A stretch of 64,000 nt of DNA from Octopus vulgaris (lineage: Eukaryota). Of this stretch, positions 39,693 through 52,240 are shown piece by piece. The position numbers were made by a program, and so were the translations under genes. Below the pieces are notes generated by a model. The model did not search any database, was not told the origin of the DNA, and saw nothing but the letters and a program-made list of their open reading frames with translations. The DNA lies in the NCBI GenBank assembly GCA_951406725.2, contig OX597830.1, positions 4,836,001-4,900,000 of the forward strand. Reading direction: 5' to 3'. The stretch's first letter is position 1. Each line of letters starts with the position of its first letter.

Positions 39693-39892
39693 AAGAAGAA
39701 GAAGAAGAAGAAGAAGAAGAAGAGAGAAGAAGAAGAAGAAGAAGAAGAAGAAGAAGAAGAAGCAGAAGCAGAAGAAGAAGAAGAAGAAGAAAAAGAAGAA
39801 GAGAAGAAGAAGAAGAAGAAGAAGAAGAAGAAGAAGAAGAAGAAGAAAGAGAAGAAGAAGAAGAAGAGGAAGAAGAAAAAGAAGAAGAAGAA
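39620..39892. repeat. (AAT)n joined to a ~230-bp imperfect (AAG)n microsatellite
   Basis: Directly visible. Confidence 0.97.
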
Positions 39893-40469
39893 ACAAAAAC
39901 ATCATTATTTATTTGCATGGATATACATGGAATATTTCAATTTCCCAAATATTCAAGTGTTGAAATACTGACATTTATTACCAAAACATTAATTAGTTTA
40001 GCTGAGTGAGATTTGACTAATGAACCTCTTTGAGTAGAAATAAAGAATATATTCCACGGTTTCAGGTCTGAGCATCACTTGGAGTTGAATGTGTTCATGC
40101 AGCAAATAGATACAGATTCTTTTAGTGGATTATGGAGATATATATATATATAATGTCATATAACAATGAGGGCTGTGTGTGTGAGGGAGAGAGAGAGAAC
40201 TGGTGAGGTTGTTTCTCTCCCTGTTTTTTACTGTGTCCCTTTTTGTGGAAGAGCGTAGGCTCGAAATGTAAAAGAATTTTTCTATTCCTGAGCATTATAC
40301 TAATACATCTGTTTGTTTTATACTCCACCTGTCTTCATCTTTTGTTTTTTTCATGAATTCTCCCTATAGCTTAAAACATTGTTACTAAAGTCTCATGTCA
40401 GAGCTAACTTAAACCATCTTGGGACAATATATCAGCAACCTTCCATAATTATGTATCTGTGTGTGTGAA

Positions 40470-40500
<31 letters not shown>

Positions 40501-42281
40501 GCACAAACACTCATTAATGTTAACAATCTGAAGAAAAGGTAATTGCTATTCTTGTAAAATGTAATGATTTATTGAGGCCTCTAAGGACCCTAAGCACCCA
40601 AGGATTCAAGATGTATTGCTTCAACAATTGTTCTGAGGATTGAATACTGAATGTCATTTTTTGCAGTGTGTATCCTGAAATTTGATATTCAGGAATCTTG
40701 TACTTGTGTTCTAGTCTTCTTTCAACATCAGGATCTGCACTTTGCATTTTGCATTAGGTTTCCAAGATTATGCTGTATGAAATTCTTATCTAGCACTTAA
40801 CATTATTATGTCATATTCATAAGTGAAACTGCTGCAGATCTGCAGCACCAGAATTATCTGCACCATGCAGCACTATGGTACTGTAAACATGAAAAAAAAA
40901 ATTGAAATGATATCATTGTTGCAAGGAAGTGAATATTTGAATCCAAAGTTGGTATATCTTGAGACAACAAAAAGAAAAAAAAATTAGCACCAAAATGAAC
41001 AGTTAGTACCAAAAAACCCAATTATCTCCAAACCCGTGGAGCATATTTTGATGTTACATTTTTGTACTTTTCATATTTGTAGATATTTAATTTTGGTATG
41101 GCTTTCAGCATTTTGGTGAGCACCCCCACCCTTCTTTCTCAGATTCAGTTTACCATTTCATTGTCTCCCTACCACATCTACTATACACTGTCAGTGACTC
41201 TCCAAGCTTCTAGTAATTTCTGATCTCAAACAGCAGTAGTGGTACTGTAACCCACAGACACTACCCACTGAAATAGACAACCAGAATGAAGCCCTCATTT
41301 GTCAGAGGGGTCAGTTTCAGTAGGGTTTGTTTAGACTTAGGTCAATCCTGCTTAAAAAATAACTCCTATAATAAAAGACTATTCCAGCTATAACAATGCC
41401 ATGTTTTTCCCAGAATAATAAACTCCAAACAATATCATCCAATGTCATTTTAAAAACAGTTAAGTGAGTTTGAGGGAGATTTAGCTGCTAGTTTTAGCAA
41501 ATTTGAATGAGCATATAACTGCTCTCTCATTATTTTATTATACTTTCAGTACTAAGTACCTTGTCCATGAATGTACTTGAGCATCACTGGAACTCATTAC
41601 CCTTTGTTGAGTTTTGAGTATTTTGCACAAGAACGTTTTAGAGTTAAATAAAAGTAGTCATGCATAACTATTGATAATTCATATAAATGTGCAGATCTTC
41701 ATCTGGTTTGTCATCGAACTTCAACCATATTGAAGCACTGCCTTCAAGACACACACACACAGAGTTTAGTGATTTAGTGAATGCAGTATATATTTTCATG
41801 AACTACTAATAGTTTCATGCAATGAAAACAGACAGCATTTTATGATATCAGGTGCCTTCAAGCAAAAAATGCTGTCTGAGTTGTTTTAGCAGCTCATAAA
41901 AATATATTCTGTCTTCATTAAACAATATTGATGGAAAACTTTTTTTTCTTCATCTTACCTTCATGGAACAGATTGTTATATATATTTTCAAGGCTACTGT
42001 GAAGTTATAAGTTGTTACTCAAATACTCAATGATGCCAATGCATCTTAATGCCGAAACAACTGTAAGCTAATGAAATTTATAAGATAATCGTTTGCTCCT
42101 TCATCATCCCCATTTCTTTTACACACACACACACATGATTCGAGACTATTTCTGAATACCAGACTCCACTTCCAATGAATTAAATCAGCTGGAACTTCAA
42201 CAGAAAGCATTCGGTCAAACTGCAGTATTGTGGGACTAAGCCAAAACTTTATGGTTCTCAAAGTGAACACTCTAACCACAT

Positions 42282-42768
42282 ATCATCATCATTGTTCGAC
42301 CGTGGTCGAGACAATGGAATTTACTATGTTATGCCAGACTTCATGGTCCATCATAGCATTACGGAGGTCCTGTTGCTGGATGCCTGTATCCCTGGAGATT
42401 ACATCAGGGTAGGAGAGTGTGCGCCCTCTGGTATCGCGAGCAGATGGCTTCCAGAGGAGAAGAGTAGAAATTACCTCGTTTTCAGCTCTACAACAATGTC
42501 CAGCAAACTGGACTCTTCTACCTTTCACAAGAGATGATACAGGTGGTAATTTCTCATATATTTGTACTTTGGTTGGATGACTCTTCCACGAGAGATTTTG
42601 AGCTCTCATAACGAGGTGAGTGTAAGTTCCATCCAACCACCTCTTCAGCTTCTTTTATAACGTCCAGGTTTCTGAGCCATATAGTAGAATTGGTTCTAAT
42701 GTGGCTTTGAAGATTTTAAGTTTGAAATCTCTGCTTAGATTTGATGACCAGATCTTATGCATATCATA
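42282..42768 (-). mobile_element. RTE-type LINE 3' fragment (post-RT C-terminus)
   Basis: Minus-strand translation DMHKIWSSNLSRDFKLKIFKATLEPILLYGSETWTL*KKLKRWLDGTYT...RRVQFAGHCCR...LRNAMMDHEVW...; ends in atgatgat. Confidence 0.9.
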
Positions 42769-44861
42769 ACCACATAAGATCTCGTAGGAACCTACACAAA
42801 TTCAAATGAAAAAGAAAAGAAAAAACTGAATAATATTTCTGAAATACAGGACCTCATAGATATTGATAAATCTGAAGACTTTTGCATTCTTTCCAAATAA
42901 TTTTGTTCTGTTTTAATAATAAATTGTAAACTTTGCAAAATATCTCTGAGGAAAACATAGCAGCAAATATAATTTCAAAATATCTCAGTAATGATAAGTA
43001 TACTTGCATGTATTGATTAGATTTCTAACTGGGGAATATTTCACAGATTAAATTTTCTAAGATAACTTACTGATCATTGATTTCAGGATTAATGCTCATC
43101 TTCATTCACAATAAAACTTAGATTCAATTAACTTTTGGTTTCAAGAATAATTTTAAAATTTTCTCAAACTCCAAATGTTTGTAAATTTTTCTTATGTCTT
43201 TAATCTAAATGAAAGTAATTATGGTACTGAGACCAAAGTTTGGAAAACTCTTTTAAATGGACATATCTTTAAGATTGTACATTCTTATATGTATGATAAA
43301 GTTCCTTCATTTCAGACTTCATATGGTACTAATCATCTTTGATTTTAAGACATTTGAATTGACTGGATAATTTTCATTGAAGATTCAAATAGATTCCTAT
43401 CCTCTTTTATGCCTCCACTTATAAATCTTGTTATTTTAATATCTGACATACACACTGTTAAATCATTTCATCTAGGATCCTATTGGGCTTAAAACAATTA
43501 CATCACAGTGAAATCATTGTAACCTATAAAAAAAGTTTGCACACATACTGATATAGTCACTTATACTTCATTATCATCTTTCTGTTACTATATAAGATAT
43601 CAAAGTCTTTCCATTTCCAACCTTTTCTCATATACTGACATCTCACTTCATTATATCTCTCAGAGGTCAATTGTTGTACTTCTCCCTCTCCCTCCAATTT
43701 TTAATTTTTACCATTTTTTCTCTCAGAATCCTGTTTCAAATGTATCGCATTATTGTGGTGCAACATTTATGCCCCAGTGCCGCTTCATTCAAACTTACAG
43801 TCAAGGTTAAATTTATATTCTTGTATGTTGATTAATTCATAGATTTAGATCTTTCAATGGCATAACAGCTATTTCTGTTCTGTGAGTTGCTTTCAGTGTG
43901 TCCTGCCTAGAAAAAGCAGCAACCGGTAGCAATGTCCTTAGAGAAGTGAAATAAAATTAGCTAAATGAGGGAGGACAATTTTTAACTCTTGCTCATATTA
44001 TCAAAATATCCAGCAAAATCCTGGTTTCTTATTAGTGTGAATAAAACCAGTGAAAACAAAAATATGGTGAAAGATTAAAATTTCAACTTGCTGAATTAAG
44101 GGTTGCTACATTATCACATGCTTGCTTCTAAATTACTGGAAGAGTAACAATCAATAAGGATCAACACAAAACTGTAATTAGGAAAGAAATTGATAGAAAG
44201 GATAACATGTATGTGCAAGATGCAAGTGGATGGGGGAGATGTGCATGATGTATGAGGTTTATATGTGCATGCATGCATATGTAACATGCAGGTGGTTCTA
44301 CATATGAACATGGTATGTATGTTTACACACATGGATCAGCAGAAATGTGACTGATTAGTGGTATTAGCATTTTTGCATGCACACACATGCATTAACATGT
44401 ACCTACACATATGATTTACATTCATCTCCCTTGTACTTTAAATGAATACTAAATTGGTGATTTAAGCAAAATAGGTTATTATGGAAACTTCAGTATTGTG
44501 AAAAAATCAGGTGGTATCAGCAAAAGCCATCTGTTGTTCTTGTTATACCTCAGTATAAATTTGTTATTAACTAATGAGTTGCATTGGTTCTTCGGAGAGA
44601 TGCTGGCACTACTGTGTTGTCACTGAGTTGGTCAGTGTTCAGCTTGACTGTACTGGAGCAGACTGTGGTAGCTAGGATGACAACAAAATACAACTGATAA
44701 CAGTCAGTTTGAATGTGTAAAATATTGATGTATACATGTGGTTCCAATCATATGAAGTTATGTTCATAAACATGTCCTCTTCATTTAAAAGCATGGCTTA
44801 TATGTAAGTGAAGGCTACCCAATGTCAAAACTAAGAATGCATAGGCATAAAAATAATACAA

Positions 44862-45256
44862 TCTCTCAATATATAAAACTGAAGTTGTCTGTGTATGGCA
44901 GGTTTGGTAGCTTTCAACTAACACTATCTCCTCCGAGACCCTGCGGCGTAAGTTGACCAAAATTGAAAGTATGATAGAAGACGGCTTGCTCTTCCTTCTG
45001 TAGAAGAAAATTTCAAATCGCACCATGTTAACACCAAAAATTATTTACATCAAAAAGGTGCTTTTTTTTCTATGAAAATCTCTATTTTTAAATGATTTTT
45101 TTGACTGCTGTGTCGCCTTTTTTCGGTGTATTTCAACCAGAAAAATGTTCACTTAAAGAGAATAACAAGCTACATAATGCAAAATTTTTACTTTTCAAAA
45201 ATTCCAATTCTAAAGGGTCCAAAACAAACCCGAGTAACTCCGGGCGATACTGCTCT
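44862..45256 (+). mobile_element. Non-autonomous Helitron-like element
   Basis: A|TCtctcaatatataaaactgaagttgt... ending caaacccgagtaactccgggcgatactgct. Both termini match the 30298-30595 element; the terminal CTAG is damaged. Confidence 0.72.
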
Positions 45257-45539
45257 TAAAAATATATAGATCGGTTTCCCACTATTCCCTACATACAAGC
45301 AGAAATGTAGACATTTCCCAGTCTGGGTGGTGCTATAATTTCAAAACAATAAAAAAGCGCATCATATTCTTTCAATGCCTTAAAATACTGGCTTGAAAAG
45401 GAACAGTTGTTCATGTATACAAAAATAAACTTCAGAATACAGCTTCAATAAAAGTAAGGTTTACATAAAGCTGTTTGCAGAAAATAACTTTGTGAGTATA
45501 AAGTCAATGGTGTGATTGTTGTGTAATCAAAAACACTAT

Positions 45540-45935
45540 TCTTTTATTCGTTTCAGTCATTTGACTGTGGCGATGCTGGAGCACCACCTTTAGCCAAGCA
45601 AATTGACCCCAGGACTTCTTCTTAGGAAGCCTAGTACTTATTCTATCGGTCTGTCTTGCCAAACCACTAAGTGACAGGGACATAAACACACCAGCATCAG
45701 TTGTCAAGCGATGTTGGGGGGACAGACACAGACACACTAACATATGCATACACATATTTATACATACATATATGACAGGATTCTTTCAGTTTCCATCTAC
45801 CAAATCCACTCACAAGGCTTTAGTCGGCCCAAAGCTATAGTAGAAGACACTTGCCCAAGGTGCCATGCAGTGGGACTGAACCCGGAACCATGTGGTTGGT
45901 AAGCACGCTACTTACCACACAGCCACTCCTGTGCC
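45540..45935 (-). mobile_element. SINE family A, full length, young
   Basis: Reverse complement of 28593-28974. Confidence 0.92.
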
Positions 45936-48900
45936 TATATAAATGTATTCTGAATTGAAGTTCTTTTTGTATGTTACGCATGATGCAAGCAGACATTATG
46001 AAGAAGGAATCAGAAATTACATACGTTTCGTAACCCAGCAGAAATATATGTACAACAATTGACTGATCATTCAGCTCAATGTGTCTTGTTCGTTAAGGCA
46101 GATGAATATGTTCTGCATGTTGTTTCTAGGATATCCAAATTAGAAGCAGTAATGAGTGTTTGTTATAGTCTCTCAAGGTAATATCCCCCCAAAAAAATTG
46201 AAGGTAGAAAGCAGTTTTGGGTTCCTTTTGGTATAGCCAAGAAAGCTAACAGAACAGAGGGTACTCATTGGTCTTCAATAAAGTTCACACAAAAGCTATC
46301 AAAGATTAAAACTTCACATGACACCATTAGGACATATAACGAGGTTGCTACAAATTAATATAATTATTGTGAATTTCCTAATCTCAAAATTAATATTTTC
46401 AAAAGCAAGTCAGACTTTTGAAAACTTCAGTGAAATAATCTCAAAGCTTAAAATAAATAAAAATTTTAGTTTTTTCAATATTTACATCATAAATTTTAAA
46501 GGAATTTTATTTTCAAAGAAAAGTCAATTTATCTGTTAAAAATTACTTTTATTTAAGAAAAATTATAAACAATACATTTCCAAAATGAGTGCACTTTCTT
46601 CTGGAAGTTATTCTTTTTAGACAAGTTTGTGGTCTTATTTAAAAAAAAAAAAAAAGATTTAATAACAAGTCTGCAAGAACATTATTAAGAAGAGATAAAT
46701 GTTAACGCTAGATGCTGAAATATTTAAAAGAACGGTAAGGTTGTTATGAAGAAGATAAATAAAAGAAAGATTGCTGGAATAGATTTGCTCTTAATGTCAG
46801 TCAATAAATGTTTCTTCATGAGCATTAGCATTATTATCATTTTTTGTTTTTGTTCCTAGGAGAAAGCAAATTAGAAATGAATGACTATATCTAATTATTT
46901 AAAGACTAAACTAGACCCTATTATCTTGATGTGTACACATACAAGTACTGGCTAACCTCTATGTTCTGGAACCCAACTTACTGCAGATATATGATATGAA
47001 ATTAGGCAAGACATTCCTTCAAAGATGAAACAGCCTGATTCAAGATTTAGAAATCTCTTAATTGCTGCCACATCTACTAAACAACAGGAAAATGGGTACA
47101 AAATAATTTTGCCAATATCCAGCTTTTACCTAATTAATCAAAGGTTGAATTTAAGTACCTGTTAATAATGACTGGCTGTGTGTATATCACACGTGCACTC
47201 ATGTACAATTCTAAAGAAACAAATAAATGTGAGAATATGTGATACATACGCACAGATCTTGTGAATGAAATAAGCTTCTGCCTTATATAATATGTAATAA
47301 TAAAGAGACACCAATGTTCTGAATGCATAGTCACAGTGTAATTAGCTCTTAGTCAAAATATATACAGTCTAACTTTCAATGTCATAACTTTTGATATAGT
47401 ATGATACTTTAAATATTCCCTGTCAACACACATAATTTCAAAGTCACCATCACAAAAGAATTTTCAAAGAATTCTTAACTCAAGTATGGTCAAACAGCGT
47501 GTAGTTTCATACAGCTTCTCTCTTAAATTTTACTGATTAACTTCAGTAGGTTCATATTAATTGCAAAATTATTTTGTTTGTTTTGCCTACCCATTTTATT
47601 AACCTAATCTAAGTCTATAACAATATTGTTTTACTTCAATTTAGAAAGAGTATAGTATATTTAATATCCTTTATTCATTTCATTAATATTTTTTTAGATT
47701 ATTTATCTAAACTTTGCTAAGTTCCTAGAACCCCATCAGCTATTCAGCTTCACAACAATCAACAAGCTGTCCAAGTAACACCTTGTCAACATACCTTATT
47801 AATATATTCTACTGTTACACTGAAATATCGGATCAATTGATAACATTAATTTAATAATTGCCAGTATTTATCTATTCTGAAATATACTCTATGACTATTA
47901 ATTAATGCATATTTTCTCCTCTTATTGATTTCAAACACTGGCACAAGGCTTCTGAGTTCCAGGGCTGGGAGTAGAGTTGATTAAATTGATGTCAATTCTT
48001 AATTACTATTTCAATTTATTGATCCTGGAAGGATGTAACAGCAAACTTGACCTCATTGAAAATTGAAACAACATTAATGAGTGATGTTGCAGTGGGTATC
48101 CTAAATAGTTCTATGATGAAATCAGCCTGCCCATACTGGAGCTATTTATATACCCGTGGAAATAAATTTCTTATAACCACTTCAAGTCAAAACCACCGGA
48201 CACTTTTACTATTAACTGTCTTTTACTTCCCACAGATGAATGACAAAACATAAAATGTTTAATAAGACACTGCTTAGTCTATTTTTAACCAAATATTAGC
48301 TTTTAAATAAATATGCGGTTTATTAACATCCTGCCTTTAAATGAACCAACCCAACATAAGATCACCTCTTTGACACGAACACACTACGTATACATAATTT
48401 GTATGCACATATATGAACACTTACAAAATTAATTGTATATAATTCAACCTACATTTTAAAAATATACAATTCAATAGAAAATCATTTCTTAGAAGTTTCT
48501 CAACATTGAATTAATGAATTCCCATATTTACTCCCCACCATCACCATATCAAAAACCTCATTATATAGATATTGTAACAGTTATAGTTTTATATATTTAC
48601 ACAAGAGGCCCTTGTTGTAATTATTAAATACAAAGTTACTGAAGCAGTTCTTTTTAATATTTCCTCCTACCCATCTTGATGTGAGATAGGATCATTCCGC
48701 CCACCCCAAATCCACAGAACAGACTGAGATCAAGACCAAAGGATTTGGACTATCATTTCTTTTACATGACAAATCTACTTTAAATCTACTTAATGGCTAG
48801 AAGACTTAAAATGGGGGACATTAATGATGTATATAGCTAAGGTGTTAGCTAAGATGTTAGTGTTTATATACAATGTATATTTGGAGTGTCATGTTCTATA

Positions 48901-48963
48901 ATACTGGCTGTGAGTGTTAAGCATGGATCTGGTCGCTACATAGAACTGAATATGGATCTTGAT

Positions 48964-49185
48964 CAGAGGTTTTCAGCCTTTTTAATATGCAGGCCATTTC
49001 CAAATCCTGGATTTTTTGTGGTAGTGGTAGTGGTGGTGGAAGCGGGGTTAAAAAACATAAAATAGAAACCAATTACTGAAAAGTTAATTATATTTATTGA
49101 GAGAAGACCATCAGAGTCTGCTGGAAGGATGCTTGAAGCTCCCCCCCCCCCATATGGCCCTTGGAGCCATTGTTGAGAACCGTTG
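48964..49185. mobile_element. hAT (Charlie-type) MITE, diverged
   Basis: Termini cagaggttttcagc and gttgagaaccgttg resemble CAGTGGTTCTCAAC. The 8-bp flanks atcttgat and atcaagac are each one mismatch from NTCTAGAN. Confidence 0.6.
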
Positions 49186-49377
49186 ATCAAGACTGAGGGA
49201 AAGAAACCAAATGGTAAATTTTTGATAATCCACTGGAAATAAAATGGTCAGACAACATTTTCAGTTTCCCTGAAATCAAACACAAAACCTTGCTATCTCA
49301 TTCTGTCTCTCTGTTATTGGTAAGCTAAGTGTATGCCATAAATAATGAACACATGATGTATAAATGTGCACATTTAT

Positions 49378-49591
49378 ATTTCTTTATTGCCCACAAGGGG
49401 CTGAACACAGAGTGGACAAACAAGGACAGACAAAGGGATTAAGTCGATTACATCGACCCCAGTGCGTAACTGGTACTTAATTTATCGGTCCCGAAAGGAT
49501 GAAGGGTAAAGTCGACCTCGGTGGAATATGAACTCAGAACGTAATGGCAGACGAAATACGGCTACGCATTTCGTCCAGCGTGCTAACGTTT
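49378..49591 (-). mobile_element. SINE family B, slightly 5'-truncated
   Basis: Reverse complement of 1275-1506. Confidence 0.9.
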
Positions 49592-50659
49592 ATGGGTGTG
49601 TATGTATGTAGATGCATGCAAGCAGAGCTTCTACAATTAAGTTAACAAGAAAAATAATGAGTGAATAATTGATATAATTGGGATTGTGACTCTTAGTGAT
49701 ATTCAAGCTATGAAGGCCTAAAATTATACTGGATAAAGTTTGACAAGACAGTTTATTTTAAAATCCCTTTTTTATACACATTATTCAGAAAATATTTTAC
49801 TGTTGTTGTTTAAACATGAAGAAAGCTAAACAGGCTCATAGCTTCACAACATACTAATGCAGTACTAGTTGTAATTAGATCGTCAACACTGGGCACACAA
49901 AAGTTAAATTTGCATAAATATTTGAATAAAAGCAATGAAAATGATTATAGATTGACTTATATTCTTTGGCATGTTTTCAAGCCTGAATGTTGTAAAAAAT
50001 TAACCACCTGAGAAAACAATTGTGGTAGCCAGCTTCCAGTATCACACTGTATTTATTTACTATCTGTATTCCTCCTACATTCATACATCACTAGTAATGG
50101 TTTCATGATGAAATTCTTTAACAATTAATTTTCTAACAAAAAGAATGTATTTACTTTGAATCTGAAGTGAGCAAGAGTTTGAAGTGGTAACGTTTTCAAG
50201 CAGTAATCTTGGTGGAAGAAATATCATCTTTAAAAAATACTTTCTGAAACGTTTCTTAAAGAGTATTGTAGAACTACTTGATTGCCTGCAGAAATAAAAG
50301 GAACTGTACCAAATATGTTTAACTATCATCATCGTTGTCACCATCATCACTATCATCATACTCATCATCACCACCACCACCACCACCAACAACATGTCTG
50401 CTTTTCCATGCTAGCATGACTCATGCTGAATATGTTGGGGAAAATTCTCTATGGTTGGATGCCATCCCTCTTTCAAACTTTCATCTGCTTCCATGCAAGG
50501 AAATATTTTTCTATGACCACTGCTTGTACAACAGTGACACTCATTTACAATCATCATGCAAATTCAAAGCAAGAAGACACAAACACTCACATGCATGCAC
50601 GTGCATGCACACACACATGCACACACACACATACACAAACAGATACATACACATGTATA

Positions 50660-51055
50660 GGCACAGGTGTGGCTGTATGGTAATAAGATTGCTTTCTGGC
50701 AACATGATTCTTGGTTCAGTCCCATTGCTTAGCCCCTTGGGCAAGTGTCTTCTACTACAGCTCTGGATCAACCACAGCCTTCTAAGTGGCTTTGGTTGGT
50801 GGAAACTGAAAGGAAGCTAATTATATATGTGTGTGCACATATATGTATATGTAAATATGTATGTTTATTTCCACCACCACCACCACCACCCCATGACAGC
50901 CATTATTGGTTTGTTTATATCCCCCAACTTAGCAGTTCAACATAAGAGATCAACAGATTAAGTACAGGGCCTAAAAAAAGATAAGTACTAGGGGCAATTC
51001 ATTTGTTGAAAATCTTATAAGTTGGTGCCTCAGCATGTCTGAGTCCAAGAACTAG
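50660..51055 (+). mobile_element. SINE family A, diverged
   Basis: ggcacaggtgtggctgtatggtaa...ggttcagtccca...cttgggcaagtgtcttctacta. Confidence 0.8.
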
Positions 51056-51087
51056 AAAAATATATAATATATATGTGTGTATATGTG

Positions 51088-51972
51088 TGTGAGGGGGTAA
51101 CCAAAAGAAACTGGAATTTTGCAATGATATTCTCTTCACTTCATTTTACATGTTTACACTTTTATCACCTTCAAAGTCTTCTCTATTTGAAGCAATGCAT
51201 CAGTCAAGATGTGTTTTCCACTGTTAAAAGCAGTGCTGGAACTCTTGCAAAGTGATGCCTTTTAATGCCTTCATCATATTTTTCTTCACCTCTTCCACAT
51301 CTGCAAATTCCGTAGCACCTGCTTTCATCACCAGGGATGACTTCTGAACAAAACTTTGGTACAACTTCCAACTGTTCTTTCAGTTCACAACATGCATTCA
51401 GTTGTGACTGCTTTTGATCTTCTGTGAGCAAGGCATAAATTTTGCTGCAACTCTTTACATTTGCAATTCCTCACCCAAAATTTGTTGACAGGAACTCCAG
51501 GACTCACCAATTACATCAACAAGTTCATCAATTATTTAGTGACGGTTTCTCAAGATCAGTTCATAGGTTTTCATTCATTCAGGAGGTCAATAGTCACCCT
51601 GACCATGACTGGTCTTCATGCAACAAGTGACCATTTTGAAAGCATAAAAACCACTCATAAACCTGTGGCAGCGTCCTTGTAGGTTGTTTGAAGCATGACA
51701 TCTGTTTTGGCTGCTGTTTTCCTCAGCAGCAAACAGAATTTCATGCAAGCATTCTGTCCCTTCATTTCAGCCCTCACAAAAATTAACAAACAGGAGAGAA
51801 GTAATGCATAACAAAGAAGCACTATGTGGCAGTATGTTCTCCCATGCTGCTGTCACTTGGCATACTAATGCCTGGGGATTGCATCAAGTGGCTTCTAGTA
51901 GTGGAAGCCCAAACCACAATGAGCCTGTCCCCACAGAGAACGTTGCCAGTTACTTTTGGGTACCACCTCATA
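51088..51972 (-). mobile_element. Internally deleted mariner (Tc1/mariner) transposon with both TIRs
   Basis: TIRs gagggggtaaccaaaagaaactgg and ccagttacttttgggtaccacctc. Minus-strand remnants QNACMKFCLLLRKTAAKTDVMLQTTYKD and LTEDQKQSQLNACCELKEQLE...VIPGDESRCYG (first catalytic Asp motif); the remainder of the catalytic domain is missing. Confidence 0.85.
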
Positions 51973-52020
51973 TATATATGTATATATATATATGTATATA
52001 TATATATGTATATATATATG

Positions 52021-52078
<58 letters not shown>
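51971..52078. repeat. (TA)n microsatellite with TG interruptions
   Basis: Directly visible. Confidence 0.95.
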
Positions 52079-52080
<2 letters not shown>

Positions 52081-52089
52081 CCACCCCCA

Positions 52090-52240
52090 CAATGGGTTTC
52101 TTTCAGTTTTCATCTACCAAATACATTCACGAGGCTTTGATTGGCATGTTGCAATAGTAGAAGACACTTGCCCAAGGTGCAACTTAGTGGGACTGATTCC
52201 GAAAATCAAGTTCTTGGAAAGGAAACTTAACCAGTCAAAT
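52090..52240 (-). mobile_element. SINE family A head fragment
   Basis: ctttcagttttcatctaccaaat...agtagaagacacttgcccaaggtgc...gtgggactga. Confidence 0.75.

Noticed and set aside
39528-39971. Poly-N/K/E ORF and its antisense ORFs; poly-I and poly-N ORFs at 18458-18747
   Set aside because: Pure trinucleotide repeats with no splice or domain evidence.
44584-44675. Cys-rich short frame (CWHYCVVTELVSVQLDCTGADCGS*) as a further TSP1 exon
   Set aside because: No WxxW motif, no convincing acceptor or donor, and it ends in a stop.
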